Positions 13,601 to 23,444 of a stretch of DNA of 64,000 nucleotides are shown here, one piece after another. The position numbers were made by a program, and so were the translations under genes. Position 1 is the stretch's first letter. The number at the start of each line of letters is the position of its first letter. Under the pieces are notes generated by a model. It did not search any database, was not told the origin of the DNA, and saw only the letters and a list, made by a program, of their open reading frames with translations. The stretch is from NCBI GenBank assembly GCA_905331295.1, contig CAJNYD010000459.1:124001-188000 (forward strand), given 5' to 3'. The DNA comes from Rotaria socialis. Taxonomy: Eukaryota.

Positions 13601-15322
13601 TAATTTCATCAAACAGGGCATATTTATTATTGTTATTATTGTAACGGTATTTACCGTTACGGCTTACTTTGTGTACTTTATCCTCTTCGCTGTACCCTAT
13701 GTTTGTGCATTGACCTGATGAATTCTCATTGTTCTATTGCGCGACCATTCCCTCTTTGTCTATATCCGCCCAAGCATGATTACTCTCGCGTATATAAGGG
13801 AATGTAACTAAAGGAAATGCACGACTAGAGATGTGCAGATGACACAATACACCATCATGCCGACGAGCATAGGCGGCACTCTCTATGTTCGCCACAGTTA
13901 TGCCTATTAAAAATTAGTTCATCAAGTTTCAATAATCGATCAATACCATACAACAAACAAGCAAGATCTTTATAGATCCCTCTGCATATCGAATCTCCAA
14001 TGATTAGTACTTTTTTCCCTTTCGATACTGTTCGTACCTATTCAGAGGTAACATCAGTTGCTGCCATTTTAAAAAAATTTAAACAAAATACAAATTAAAA
14101 TTATTTGAAAATGCTTTGTTTATTTACTATTTTTTAATCTGATAAAATATAACTTTAATTGAAAAGGGATAAGAAAAAATACTGATCGTATCATTTTTGA
14201 AGCAGCTCATAATTTTTACATGTACTTTTGGAGACACATATACTTTTATAGGAACAAAAATATGAGAGTAATAATTATCTACTTACCTGATAAAACAACA
14301 GGGCTGTTGGCCACGGTAAAGCAAAATCTTTTCTGTGTTTCTCCTCTTCTGCACGTAGGGCCCACCCTGTCCGAAGAGGATAGACAAACTCGGAAAATCC
14401 GAAATCATGCAAATTTATTATTTTAAAATACGAGAAAAATACACTAAACACATAATTCGTTGCAACTGATGATTTTTTTATAGAACATATATGCATAAAA
14501 GCACATCTTACTTATGTGAAAAGTATTGTAGATGCTTTATTATCTACTATAGGTCTTATTTATCAACGAAAAAAAAAATTTTTTTAAACTTCATTTTGAA
14601 AATGAAATTTTGGTAGTCAGCAGTGTGAACTATTTTTCACCCAAAACCTAATTTTTTTTAAAATTGCTTTCAACCATTTTGTAGAGGAGGATCGATTCTA
14701 CAATACTCTGTAAAATTTATTCTGGGCACTCATTAAATGGCTGAGCGAGAGCTAAAATATTGAAGAAAATTGAAATTTTTTTTTTCGAAAAATAATGAGT
14801 CATCAAAATTGTTTAGTAGATAATCCTGGATTGGTTCGTTTAAAATAGGAAATGCGAATAGCTCATTTTGTTCAGAGATCAACGGTACATCTATTGATAT
14901 ATGATACGAAATTTTTCATCGATTGGTTGTTGTATAAAAAAACGCTCAAATATAAAAGATGATCGCTGAAAATTTTCTGAAAACTTTTTGACGGTGCTTC
15001 AAAGTCGCTCCTAGTCAACTTTTCGACCGTTCAACCAAATACGCTAAAAATTTGAATTGAGGGGTTTAAGACCATGCTGAACATGATGAGAATATAAAAT
15101 CTGAAAACTAAATTTTGACGTGTGCTTCGATTCCTTGACGGCCTCATGGGTGCTCTCTTAGGGCCCCTCAAAAATCGATTTCAGCCCAGGAAATTTCAAA
15201 TGAGATGAAACTTTCAGAATATGTTGACGCTAGAAAGGGAAGACTACCATAAAATTTTCAGCCCGAAATCCTTAGGTTTCAGGGGGATATAAGTCAAACA
15301 AGGGTCCAAAATGACTCATTTG

Positions 15323-15641
15323 GCATCCCAAATTTCTCGGTCCTGGTTCGTTCAATATATCAATATTTTTTTTGTTGGAAAGAGCATCTCAACACTCAGG
15401 GCACACAGAAGCCGCTTTTTCGAATTAGTCCCTGTTTAAGCGCAAAAAAAGGGATCAAAATTTCAATGACTGAAAAAGACATCAAAAAATGGTAACCAAA
15501 TCAAATAACTGCCTATATATTGACCAAACAAAGGCTTAATTTAAAAAAGCGGCTTCCATGTACCCTGCGTCTTGAGATGCTCTTTCTAACAAAAAAAATA
15601 TTGATATATTGCACGAACCGTGAAGGGGAAATTTGGGATGC
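15323..15641. repeat. Imperfect inverted repeat with ~100-bp arms, probably part of a DNA transposon remnant
   Basis: GCATCCCAAATTT...GAAGCCGCTTTTT (15323-15420) pairs with AAAAAAGCGGCTTC...AAATTTGGGATGC (15543-15641). Confidence 0.7.
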
Positions 15642-15762
15642 ACTTTTGAGAAAATGGAAACTGAGAAAAAGCCGAAAATCTTTTTGATTTTTTCTAAAAA
15701 CAGCTTTTTTTCCTCATAGAGGGTGACGAAAATGAATTAGTACAACTTCGCCGAATTTTATT

Positions 15763-16565
15763 TTCGCCGACTCCAACTTCGCCGAATAAAAATCTTGACC
15801 GAAAAATATCGAATCAAATTTGATCCATTCTAGATATAGAATTTTATCCTAACTAACTACTTTAATAGTAACTTGATTAATTAACCCCATCTGACTTGGT
15901 AAGCATCTGAGTTGCTAAGGGGTGTGGGGTATCAACACAGATGGTTACCAAGTCAGTTGGTTACCAAGTCAGTTGGTTACCAAGTCAGTTGGTTACCAAC
16001 TCAGACGGTTACCAACTCAGATGGTTAGCAACTCAGCCGCTATGGCTGAATGATTAAGATGTTCGGCACATATCTACAAGATAGTGTGTTCAAACCTCGG
16101 CGCCATCATCCATAGAATAACCGTAGACAAGTTACTAACGGCTGTTTTGTCTCGGACCACCCATCCGATAGCACGCTGATTACATATGACATACATAAAA
16201 ATATCCTCATGGATAGTATGTGGTTAGTCAGTATGCATGGGAAGCTTAAGTAATTAAGCGGAAGGAACTCTGAGTCAGGCCGGCCTTCTGTCCAGAGCTG
16301 CAGCTAGTAATAGTTGTAGGAAAAATATCGGGCTCTTGAAATTGTCTCCGGACAGCACCCTATACTGAAAGGTAGCCGCAAGGCAAGGGTTTCTTTCTTT
16401 CTTTCTTTCTAGCAACTCAGATGGTTACCAAGTCAGATGGGGTTATTTTAATCAAGTCACTATTAAAGTAGTTAGTTAGGATAAAACTCTATATCTAGGA
16501 TGGATCAAATTTGATTCGATATTTTTCGGTCAAGATTTTTATTCGGCGAAGTTGGAGTCGGCGAA
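15763..16565. mobile_element. Palindromic foldback/MITE element with ~155-bp arms and an internal 16-bp tandem repeat (GGTTACCAAGTCAGTT), interrupted by a SINE
   Basis: 15763-15917 is a near-perfect reverse complement of 16410-16565. Confidence 0.8.
16035..16410 (+). mobile_element. Full-length tRNA-headed SINE-like element with a (TTTC)n tail
   Basis: A-box-like TGGCTGAATGATT and B-box GTTCAAACC; (TTTC)n tail; TAGCAACTC(AG) duplicated on both sides; second copy at 1-189. Confidence 0.8.
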
Positions 16566-16933
16566 AAAAAGATTCAGGGAAGCTGGAATTTACCGACGAA
16601 AATCTTGGAAATTTTTCGGAAAAACGGAACAATGTTGAATGCTTCAATGTTGGAGAAATTGCACTGAAATGTACGCCTCGTGAATTTTTTGTTTCTATAG
16701 ATTTTTCTTGACCTCAGTAGCTGCCGATGAGCCTAAATTTGAGACAATCAGAGATTCTGTATTCGTTTTCCTGCTGATGAAACATTCATCAGTCATGGAA
16801 ATTTTGAATTGGCTATCGATGCATTCCTCGCCTCGCAATAACTTGATTTTGCTATGTATTGCCTCTGTGAAAGATGTAATTGTAAATAATCCAAAGATAA
16901 CATTAATCAGGCCACACATAATAGAGTCACAAG

Positions 16934-17380
16934 TAGGGGTGGCACTTTATCTTTACTTAACTTTGAAAAAGTAAAGTAAAGTAAAGTAAAGTAAAGTAAA
17001 GTAAAGTGACTTGTATTAAGTTAGGCTTATTGTTCATTTTCTAGGCCAGCATCAAGCTCTGATAACGCTGCAGCATACAAAAGTGTTCATCTATGAAAAA
17101 TGTGACCTTTTCATCATTACTGTACTTTATTTTCCACTTTTTTTATGAATAAATCGTTCCAAAAATACTTTCATATGCTGCAGCGTTATTAGTGCATGAT
17201 ACTGGGCTAAAAAATGGGCAACAAACTCAACTTTATTTAATTCACTTTACTTTACTTTACTTTACTTTACTTTACTTTACTTTACTTTTCGGGTAAAGTT
17301 GACTTACTTTACTTTACCGGGTAAAGTAAAGTAGCGAATTTTACTTTAACCGGTAAAGTAAAGATAAAGTGCCACCCCTA
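16934..17380 (+). mobile_element. Non-autonomous hAT element (MITE, 447 bp) of the same family as 4172-13400
   Basis: 25-bp TIRs TAGGGGTGGCACTTTATCTTTACTT; perfect 8-bp TSD GTCACAAG; (GTAAA)n subterminal arrays; internal imperfect palindrome. Confidence 0.93.
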
Positions 17381-18022
17381 GTCACAAGTAGTGACTCCAT
17401 TATTTTCAATGAGGGGGTTGATACTGAAGAGATTTCACGAAATATATAAGATATTTTAAATAAATATTGACACAATACCAATACTCCAACTCACCTCGGT
17501 TCATAAAAATAGTCCTTGATATCTTAACATCAGGTTTGGATCTAGCAATAAGTATTTTCATAGCCAATATTTTGAAAAAGTATGCAAAATCTCGAAAATA
17601 CTAGACAAAAAAATTCGAAATAGTATAGACTGCGTCGGTCTGCAAAAAGATTGTGTTGATCCGCCGGTATAACGGTCGGCCAAGAATCCTAGACCGGCTG
17701 ATTGCCGGTACCGGTTACAGCTCTGACCCACACCCACCCACAAAGCTACGCACGCACACGAACACGGATCGTGATCCACACCCACTGTCATCGTCCCCCA
17801 CCCCCTATTCTAAAATTGTTTTCTGCAATGTATTGTATGGATGTCATTTGTCTGTGTGATGCCTATTTCTTCGATTAAAAAGGTTTGTTCGAATTAAACA
17901 ATTAGAGTGAGGAATATTTCGAAATATTTTGAAAATTATCCTGCTTATTTATGAATTGAAAAAATGAGCTTAGAATGTACAAACTAAAGTTATGTCATGT
18001 TAAATTTGGAGAAAGAAGAAGG

Positions 18023-19717
18023 TTAATAGGTTGCTGGTTGAGAAGAAGCGCTGCGAATCTCGATGGGTTTCGTGAGAATGGCCACCACTTCAGCATAGAT
18101 TTCAAGCATGCCTTTATCATCGCCCCTCAAATCGATTTCATTCCGGAATTTAAGGAGTGATTCTTTGTTTTTCTCGAGTAGATCAACGCCCATGTTAATC
18201 TGTCGCATTTCTTTCACGTTGTTACCCAGGTCCGTTAAGAGTACCTGAAGCGTACCTTCCATGATAACATGTTCTCCTGCGAATTCAGTCTTTTTGGCGC
18301 GGAGATCCGTAACTTCTCGACGAGCTGACTCATGATTCGATTTTGCTTCATTATCTTCGAGAATGACTTTAATTTCGCGTTCTTCCGCTCGATAGGTAGA
18401 AGCCGGTCTGGGCACATTGTCATTGTAAGAAAAGCTAGTGTTATGATTTATTGCGTGGCCGTACTGATTTCCTCCGTTGTCGTGCTGATTTGCTCTGTGA
18501 TCGTAATAATTTGCTCTGTGATCGTAATAATTTGCTCTGTGATCGTAATAATTTGCTCTGTGATCGTAATAATTTGCTCTGTGATCGTAATGATTTGCTC
18601 TGTGACCGTAATGATTTGCTCTGTTGCCGTGCTGGTTTGTTCTGTAATTTTGTTGATTTGCTCCGTGCTTGCGTTGCTGTTTTTCGCTGTTTGGTTGTTG
18701 AAGCGAAGATCCATAATGCGGGTTATAGAACGAGAAAAGCGATGGAGGTGGCTCCACTTGCATCCATTTTGTGACTGTGATGCTTGCTTCTTTCTCCCAC
18801 GTTTTGTTGGCTGACATTGTCGCTCTTGCTCTGCCCAAACTTTCTTCTACAACATATTGTTGACGATCGATTTGGAGCATCTGTATAATGCTTGTAATCG
18901 TATCGTGAATGCATTGTTGAATGTAGCTCTGTTTTATCGCACCAACTACGAAAGCGTTGGTCGACACATTCTCAAAATGAAGGAGTACCCGTTCAAGGTT
19001 TTTCAGAGTTTCCACACTTTCAACGAAATCTCGACGCAAGTTTCGTATGGTCTTGCTTGTGCCAGTTTTCCGATCCCAGCGAAAAAGACTATTTTGCATG
19101 TAAAATACAGTCTTGCGATTCACCTTGAGCAAGTCGTAGAGTACTTCGGATTTGAGATTGGAAGTAGTATCATCACAGTTAGTCAACACAGCGCACATGT
19201 TCTTCATCAAGTCATTGGGCCAGACCTCATGAAGCAGCTGCATGAAGTGTTGAAAAGATGTGCCCAGACGAGAAGTAGAACCGTTGACGACGATAATAAT
19301 ACCATTTAAGTAGGCGACGTCTTGTACTGCCTTTGCGATGTGATAAACGTTGGAATCATCTTTGGAGACACCTTCTGTATCGTTGAAGCCAGGCGTATCA
19401 ATGAGTTGAATGACGAATGTATGCGGTTGTGCTTCTCGTTCACTAAACTCGAGAGTGTGAGTAGTGCAACACAAGGTTTGACTTTTTGTTTGATCTTCAA
19501 TGTCTCGTTCTGTTGATTTTTCTTCACCCAAAATTTTCGTTCGTCGATCCTCCCAATACTTGCAAGGAATAGCAATTTGAACACTGTTTTGCGATCCATT
19601 GAACGCGGAGTCTGGATCATGTGTTCCGTAGCAATAGTTGTAAAAAGCATTGATGAATGAAGACTTGCCTGCACCCGTATCACCGAGAACGATGAAGCGT
19701 TTCACAACTGATGTCAT
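18023..19717 (-). CDS. Intronless TRAFAC-class septin/AIG1(GIMAP)-like GTPase, 564 aa, with a C-terminal coiled coil interrupted by an N/Q/H/Y-rich repeat
   Basis: G1 GDTGAGKS, G2 SQT, G3 DTPG, G4-like TNCD; ATG at 19717 preferred because a TATA box lies at 19789-19782; paralogous to 20178-21662. Confidence 0.88.
   Translation of the reverse strand: MTSVVKRFIVLGDTGAGKSSFINAFYNYCYGTHDPDSAFNGSQNSVQIAIPCKYWEDRRTKILGEEKSTERDIEDQTKSQTLCCTTHTLEFSEREAQPHTFVIQLIDTPGFNDTEGVSKDDSNVYHIAKAVQDVAYLNGIIIVVNGSTSRLGTSFQHFMQLLHEVWPNDLMKNMCAVLTNCDDTTSNLKSEVLYDLLKVNRKTVFYMQNSLFRWDRKTGTSKTIRNLRRDFVESVETLKNLERVLLHFENVSTNAFVVGAIKQSYIQQCIHDTITSIIQMLQIDRQQYVVEESLGRARATMSANKTWEKEASITVTKWMQVEPPPSLFSFYNPHYGSSLQQPNSEKQQRKHGANQQNYRTNQHGNRANHYGHRANHYDHRANYYDHRANYYDHRANYYDHRANYYDHRANQHDNGGNQYGHAINHNTSFSYNDNVPRPASTYRAEEREIKVILEDNEAKSNHESARREVTDLRAKKTEFAGEHVIMEGTLQVLLTDLGNNVKEMRQINMGVDLLEKNKESLLKFRNEIDLRGDDKGMLEIYAEVVAILTKPIEIRSASSQPATY
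18457..18670 (-). repeat. 21-bp coding tandem repeat encoding (RANYYDH)n and variants
   Basis: Plus-strand unit TTTGCTCTGTGATCGTAATAA; 4 identical units flanked by diverged units. Confidence 0.95.
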
Positions 19718-20177
19718 ATTTCTGTTCGCGAGGGGAAGAGATGTAGCAGAGAATATATTGGCAGCAATTCTTGTGTTTCGCTTTTTATAGATAAAAAACT
19801 TGTTGGAAATTTTCATCACGTTATGTAATGACTACAGGTGACTATGTCTGTTGACAAAGTGATCAGTAGCATGGGAACTTCGTTGAAATTAAGTTGACAG
19901 GTTTTTTCCTTCTTTGAAAATTAGGATGATATTGCTATCTTCTGTTGACATAGAATGAATATGATACACGCAAAGACGATGTTTTTCAGCGAATATGGTC
20001 TATGACGAAACTTTCTTTCGTCTGTAACGTGCTACGACGCTACTTGAAACCTGCTATCTTGGATTGGCGCTATCACAAATGAGGGAAAATTTATGAAGAA
20101 ATACTATAAAAGACTTTTATAACATTATCTTTCTTCATCTCGTGTTATATACTTTCTGCAACGTAAAGTACATATCG
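19718..20177. promoter_or_regulatory. Putative bidirectional promoter of the GTPase pair
   Basis: TATAAAA boxes starting 72 bp (minus strand, 19789) and 73 bp (plus strand, 20105) upstream of the respective ATGs, each preceded by GAAAATTT. Confidence 0.65.
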
Positions 20178-21662
20178 ATGTCTTCCCCTTTTCGAAATCA
20201 AAACACGACCCACCCTGATGTGGTCTTAGTGTTCATCGGCGAAAGTGGTTCAGGCAAATCTACGTGCATCAACTACTTCGCAAATTTTTTTGCTGGCACA
20301 GGATACAATCAGCAGTCTGGGTTTTCAAATGTTCATGTCGTCATTCCGAACAATCTCTTTCCTCGAGCCATCGCAGGGTACGCAAGTAGCGAGCGAAACA
20401 TTCTTGATAATACGAAAAGTCAAACCACAAAGTGTAGCGAGTACGATTTTGTATGGCTGGCGAAAGAAAGTCTGAACATCAAAGTTGTGGATACCCCCGG
20501 TTTCAACGACACGGACGACACACGAGACGAAACAAACATTCAAATGATCATCAAAACATTTGCAAAGCTGCCTTTCATCAGTGCGGTTATCATTACGATC
20601 AATGGAACGGTTGCTCGCTTGTCAACATCCATCAAAGCCACATTGAGTCAGCTTCGAGGCTCACTTCCTGACAGCATTTTTGCAAATCTCTTCTTCATCT
20701 TCACTAACTGCGAAGAAACGACGCGTAACTTTAAACTACAACTGATATCTGAGTACAAACCGGAGCCTCAGCGAACATTTCACATGCAAAACTCGCTTTT
20801 CAGCGCTGCTAGTATTGCTGATATCGATAGTGACCCGAAAAAGAAACGTCGAGCCGAAAGCAACTGGCAAGATTCGATCGAAGCGATGACCGATCTGATG
20901 GCCGAAGTCGAGCGAACAGTAACAACATCCACCAAGGTCTTTGCTGATATGCGTATCAAACGCGAGCAATTGTCCGCCAATAAAGCGAATCTATTGGATA
21001 AACAAAAATCTTTACTTTCAGCCATGCACAAGCTCACTCTCGAGCAAGAGCGTCTAAGAAATGCAAAGTCAGATCAATCTGATAATTCAAAATACACGGA
21101 AAATCAAACGATCGAAAAGATTGAAATTGAAAAAAAGAACTACTACAGCACGATCTGTACGGAACATGGCAAGGTGCAAGTGTGCCACGAACATTGTGGT
21201 CTTGGTTATAAGCCTGAGCTCAACTTTGCACATTTTAAAAATTGTGCAGCTGCCGATAGCACTGGAAACAACTGTCGTACATGTCACTGTGGTATGAATC
21301 AGCATTTACATACCTACGAGATTCCAGTTTCGCGCATGGTCACAATTGAGCAGATCGTCCAGTCCAAGAAGGCGGCCTATGATCTAGCTTCGCGGCAAGT
21401 AAGTACAAGTCAACTGCAATTGCTTCAACTAAATGCTACTTACACTGCGCTGCAAAATGACGCCAACGGATGTAAAGATGGCATTCTCAGTTCTATCAAA
21501 GAGCTGAAACAGATTTGCTCTCATTACAATTTTGTCGAAGAAATGGCAACCACCATACAAAAGTTAAGACAGGAAGCAAAGATAGCCCAGGATCTGAAAG
21601 CTAAGACCGAATTCAACAATACGGCAGAAGCTATTGAAAATCTTATCAAGCAAGTGGCATAG
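20178..21662 (+). CDS. Intronless TRAFAC-class septin/AIG1(GIMAP)-like GTPase, 494 aa, with a coiled coil interrupted by a Cys/His-rich module
   Basis: G1 GESGSGKS, G2 SQT, G3 DTPG, G4-like TNCE, FHMQNSLF shared with its partner; CTEH..CHEHC..C..CRTCHC..HLH insert; AATAAA ~55 bp after the stop. Confidence 0.9.
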   Translation: MSSPFRNQNTTHPDVVLVFIGESGSGKSTCINYFANFFAGTGYNQQSGFSNVHVVIPNNLFPRAIAGYASSERNILDNTKSQTTKCSEYDFVWLAKESLNIKVVDTPGFNDTDDTRDETNIQMIIKTFAKLPFISAVIITINGTVARLSTSIKATLSQLRGSLPDSIFANLFFIFTNCEETTRNFKLQLISEYKPEPQRTFHMQNSLFSAASIADIDSDPKKKRRAESNWQDSIEAMTDLMAEVERTVTTSTKVFADMRIKREQLSANKANLLDKQKSLLSAMHKLTLEQERLRNAKSDQSDNSKYTENQTIEKIEIEKKNYYSTICTEHGKVQVCHEHCGLGYKPELNFAHFKNCAAADSTGNNCRTCHCGMNQHLHTYEIPVSRMVTIEQIVQSKKAAYDLASRQVSTSQLQLLQLNATYTALQNDANGCKDGILSSIKELKQICSHYNFVEEMATTIQKLRQEAKIAQDLKAKTEFNNTAEAIENLIKQVA

Positions 21663-21979
21663 CGAAATCAGATGCTTGCGTTCCTCTTCTTGTCAACTTG
21701 CTTTCTTCTCTCATCAATAAACGAGATGCTTGTAAATGTATCATTTTCTTTTATAATAAAAAATGACCACCGAATGTGGTATCATACGAAAGTCTTACTC
21801 TATCTCATTCACACGCTGCATTCGAAATATCACTCCCGTTACGTAGTATAGTAGAAGAAAATATCTCGAACTTACAGCGACGTAACCAGGACTTTTAGAC
21901 CATTGGGCAAACTTCTATTAAGTCAAAAAAAAACATGGGCAAAATTGGCATTTTATTGATAGGCCAAAATTTTTTAACG

Positions 21980-22296
21980 CCCAGGTCGAGCAATCCGACA
22001 GTAGACACCTATCGGAACACATCCGATCCGACTGGAATCCAATAGAATTTTATCGGATCCTGCCAGATCTTACAGAATTATTGTTGGATTCCGGGTCGAG
22101 GAATCGATGTTGGATCCTCAGTGTCGGATTCCTATGAATTCCAAGGAAAAACCGTTGTATGTCATCGGAAGTTCATAGGATTCCGACACTGAGGATCCGA
22201 CATCGATTCCTCGACCCGGAATCCAGTAGAATTGTATCGGATTGTAGGATATTTCCAGGCTCCTATCGGATCCGATGTCGGATCAGTCGACCTGGG
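21980..22296. mobile_element. Palindromic MITE with CCCAGGTCGA termini
   Basis: CCCAGGTCGA...TCGACCTGGG ends; long internal inverted repeat at ~22086-22225; a related end occurs at 61116. Confidence 0.75.
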
Positions 22297-23444
22297 ATAC
22301 TCGTGAAATTCTCTGTGTATCTTTAATGTTCGTGTACTCAAGTGAGTACTCACATAAGTTAACTTTCTGAAATTCACTCGTATACGATAGTCTGAGTACT
22401 CAAAGTAGTACTCGATTCTGTGTTTTCGATAAAACACCAATGCATTAGCATGTAAAAAGTTGAATAACATTGTATAAAAACAAAACGTAATGAAATTAAT
22501 TAAAAAATCTTAACGAAATCTTTTGTGGATATATTGATTCCATCCTTCATATTTAGTAGATTATTCATTTTTTTTTTATATAACGATTGGATATATCAAA
22601 TCAATTACATTTCATTTTGTAAACAGAGATACATACATATATACATACTAATTTTCTACTGTTCAATTTTCGAATAAAACAAAGTATGTATTTTCAATGT
22701 GTATAAACAATAATCTGATAGCTTTTAATTTCTAAATTTCAGATTAAATTTTATTTCAGATTCGTTAAGCTTTTTTCTGGTTACTAAATAGCATGCATGG
22801 TTCATGTCATGAAGTTTCTTTTTTTTTATAAGGATAGCTTTAACATTAAACTACTTTACATACACGAATCGAATCATAAAACTATTTAATAATTTTAAAA
22901 TTAATTTTTCGTGCTATTGAGTGCTCTATCGTAACAAATTTTAGTATTCTTTTTTCTGTAGTTTTTTTGTATCTGTGAATTCATAGTGATCAAATATCCT
23001 TTTCGAAAACATTGAGCACTCATTTGTCTTGAATGATATTTTATTGTCTTCTATATGTGTTAAGTGTTGCTTTTTGAAACATAGTATTTATTTATGTAAT
23101 TTATAGATAATAAAATACTAAAGTATCTTAGCATTATAAATCATTTCATTGTACTAATATACCATTGTTGTTAGGTTAACGAAGTAGAATGCATATAATA
23201 TAAAAAATAGTGAACTAAGTAAAGATGCATGAGTAAATCTTGGAAAAATCTATCAGAGTACTCGGAAAATGTGTGGGTAGTTCTCATAGAAAACTCAGTT
23301 TTGCTAGGCGAGTACTCAGTAGTCGTACTCAACCAGTCAAAATCTAGCTCGAGTACTATTGATGAGTACTCAAACCCCATGGGTACTTGTAACATTTGCT
23401 AGCGTGAGCACTTTTTGAGTACTACCCTATGAGTACCTTCACTA
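22297..23444. mobile_element. Degenerate DNA-transposon remnant with clustered GAGTACTC subterminal motifs
   Basis: GAGTACTC/GTACTC clusters at 22330-22415 and 23255-23435 around an AT-rich core; right end GAGTACCTTCACTA. Confidence 0.45.

Noticed and set aside
13640..14053. Possible further LTR (TGTAAC...GTAACA with an internal TATATAA)
   Set aside because: Flanks ATTAT/TCAGT do not form a TSD and no PBS or PPT is evident; left unassigned
16763..16805. CTGATGA...GAAA hammerhead-like core
   Set aside because: CTGATGAA pairs directly with TTCATCAG as a simple hairpin; the three hammerhead stems cannot be built
17727..17805. CCCACA motifs (also ~1197-1213) resembling a TGTGGG telomeric repeat
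   Set aside because: Only 2-3 imperfect units; cannot be distinguished from chance
18457..18670. CRISPR-like appearance of the regular repeat
   Set aside because: No spacers; head-to-tail coding repeat in a eukaryotic gene
18332..18814. Overlapping ORFs with (IICSVIV)n, (ITEQIIT)n and (LLCDRNN)n repeats
   Set aside because: Shadow frames of the 21-bp repeat in the GTPase gene; no independent coding evidence
19718..19819. N-terminal extensions in the ORF track (598 aa and 506 aa versions of the GTPases)
   Set aside because: They start at non-ATG codons and overlap the TATA/5'UTR regions; ATGs at 19717 and 20178 fit better
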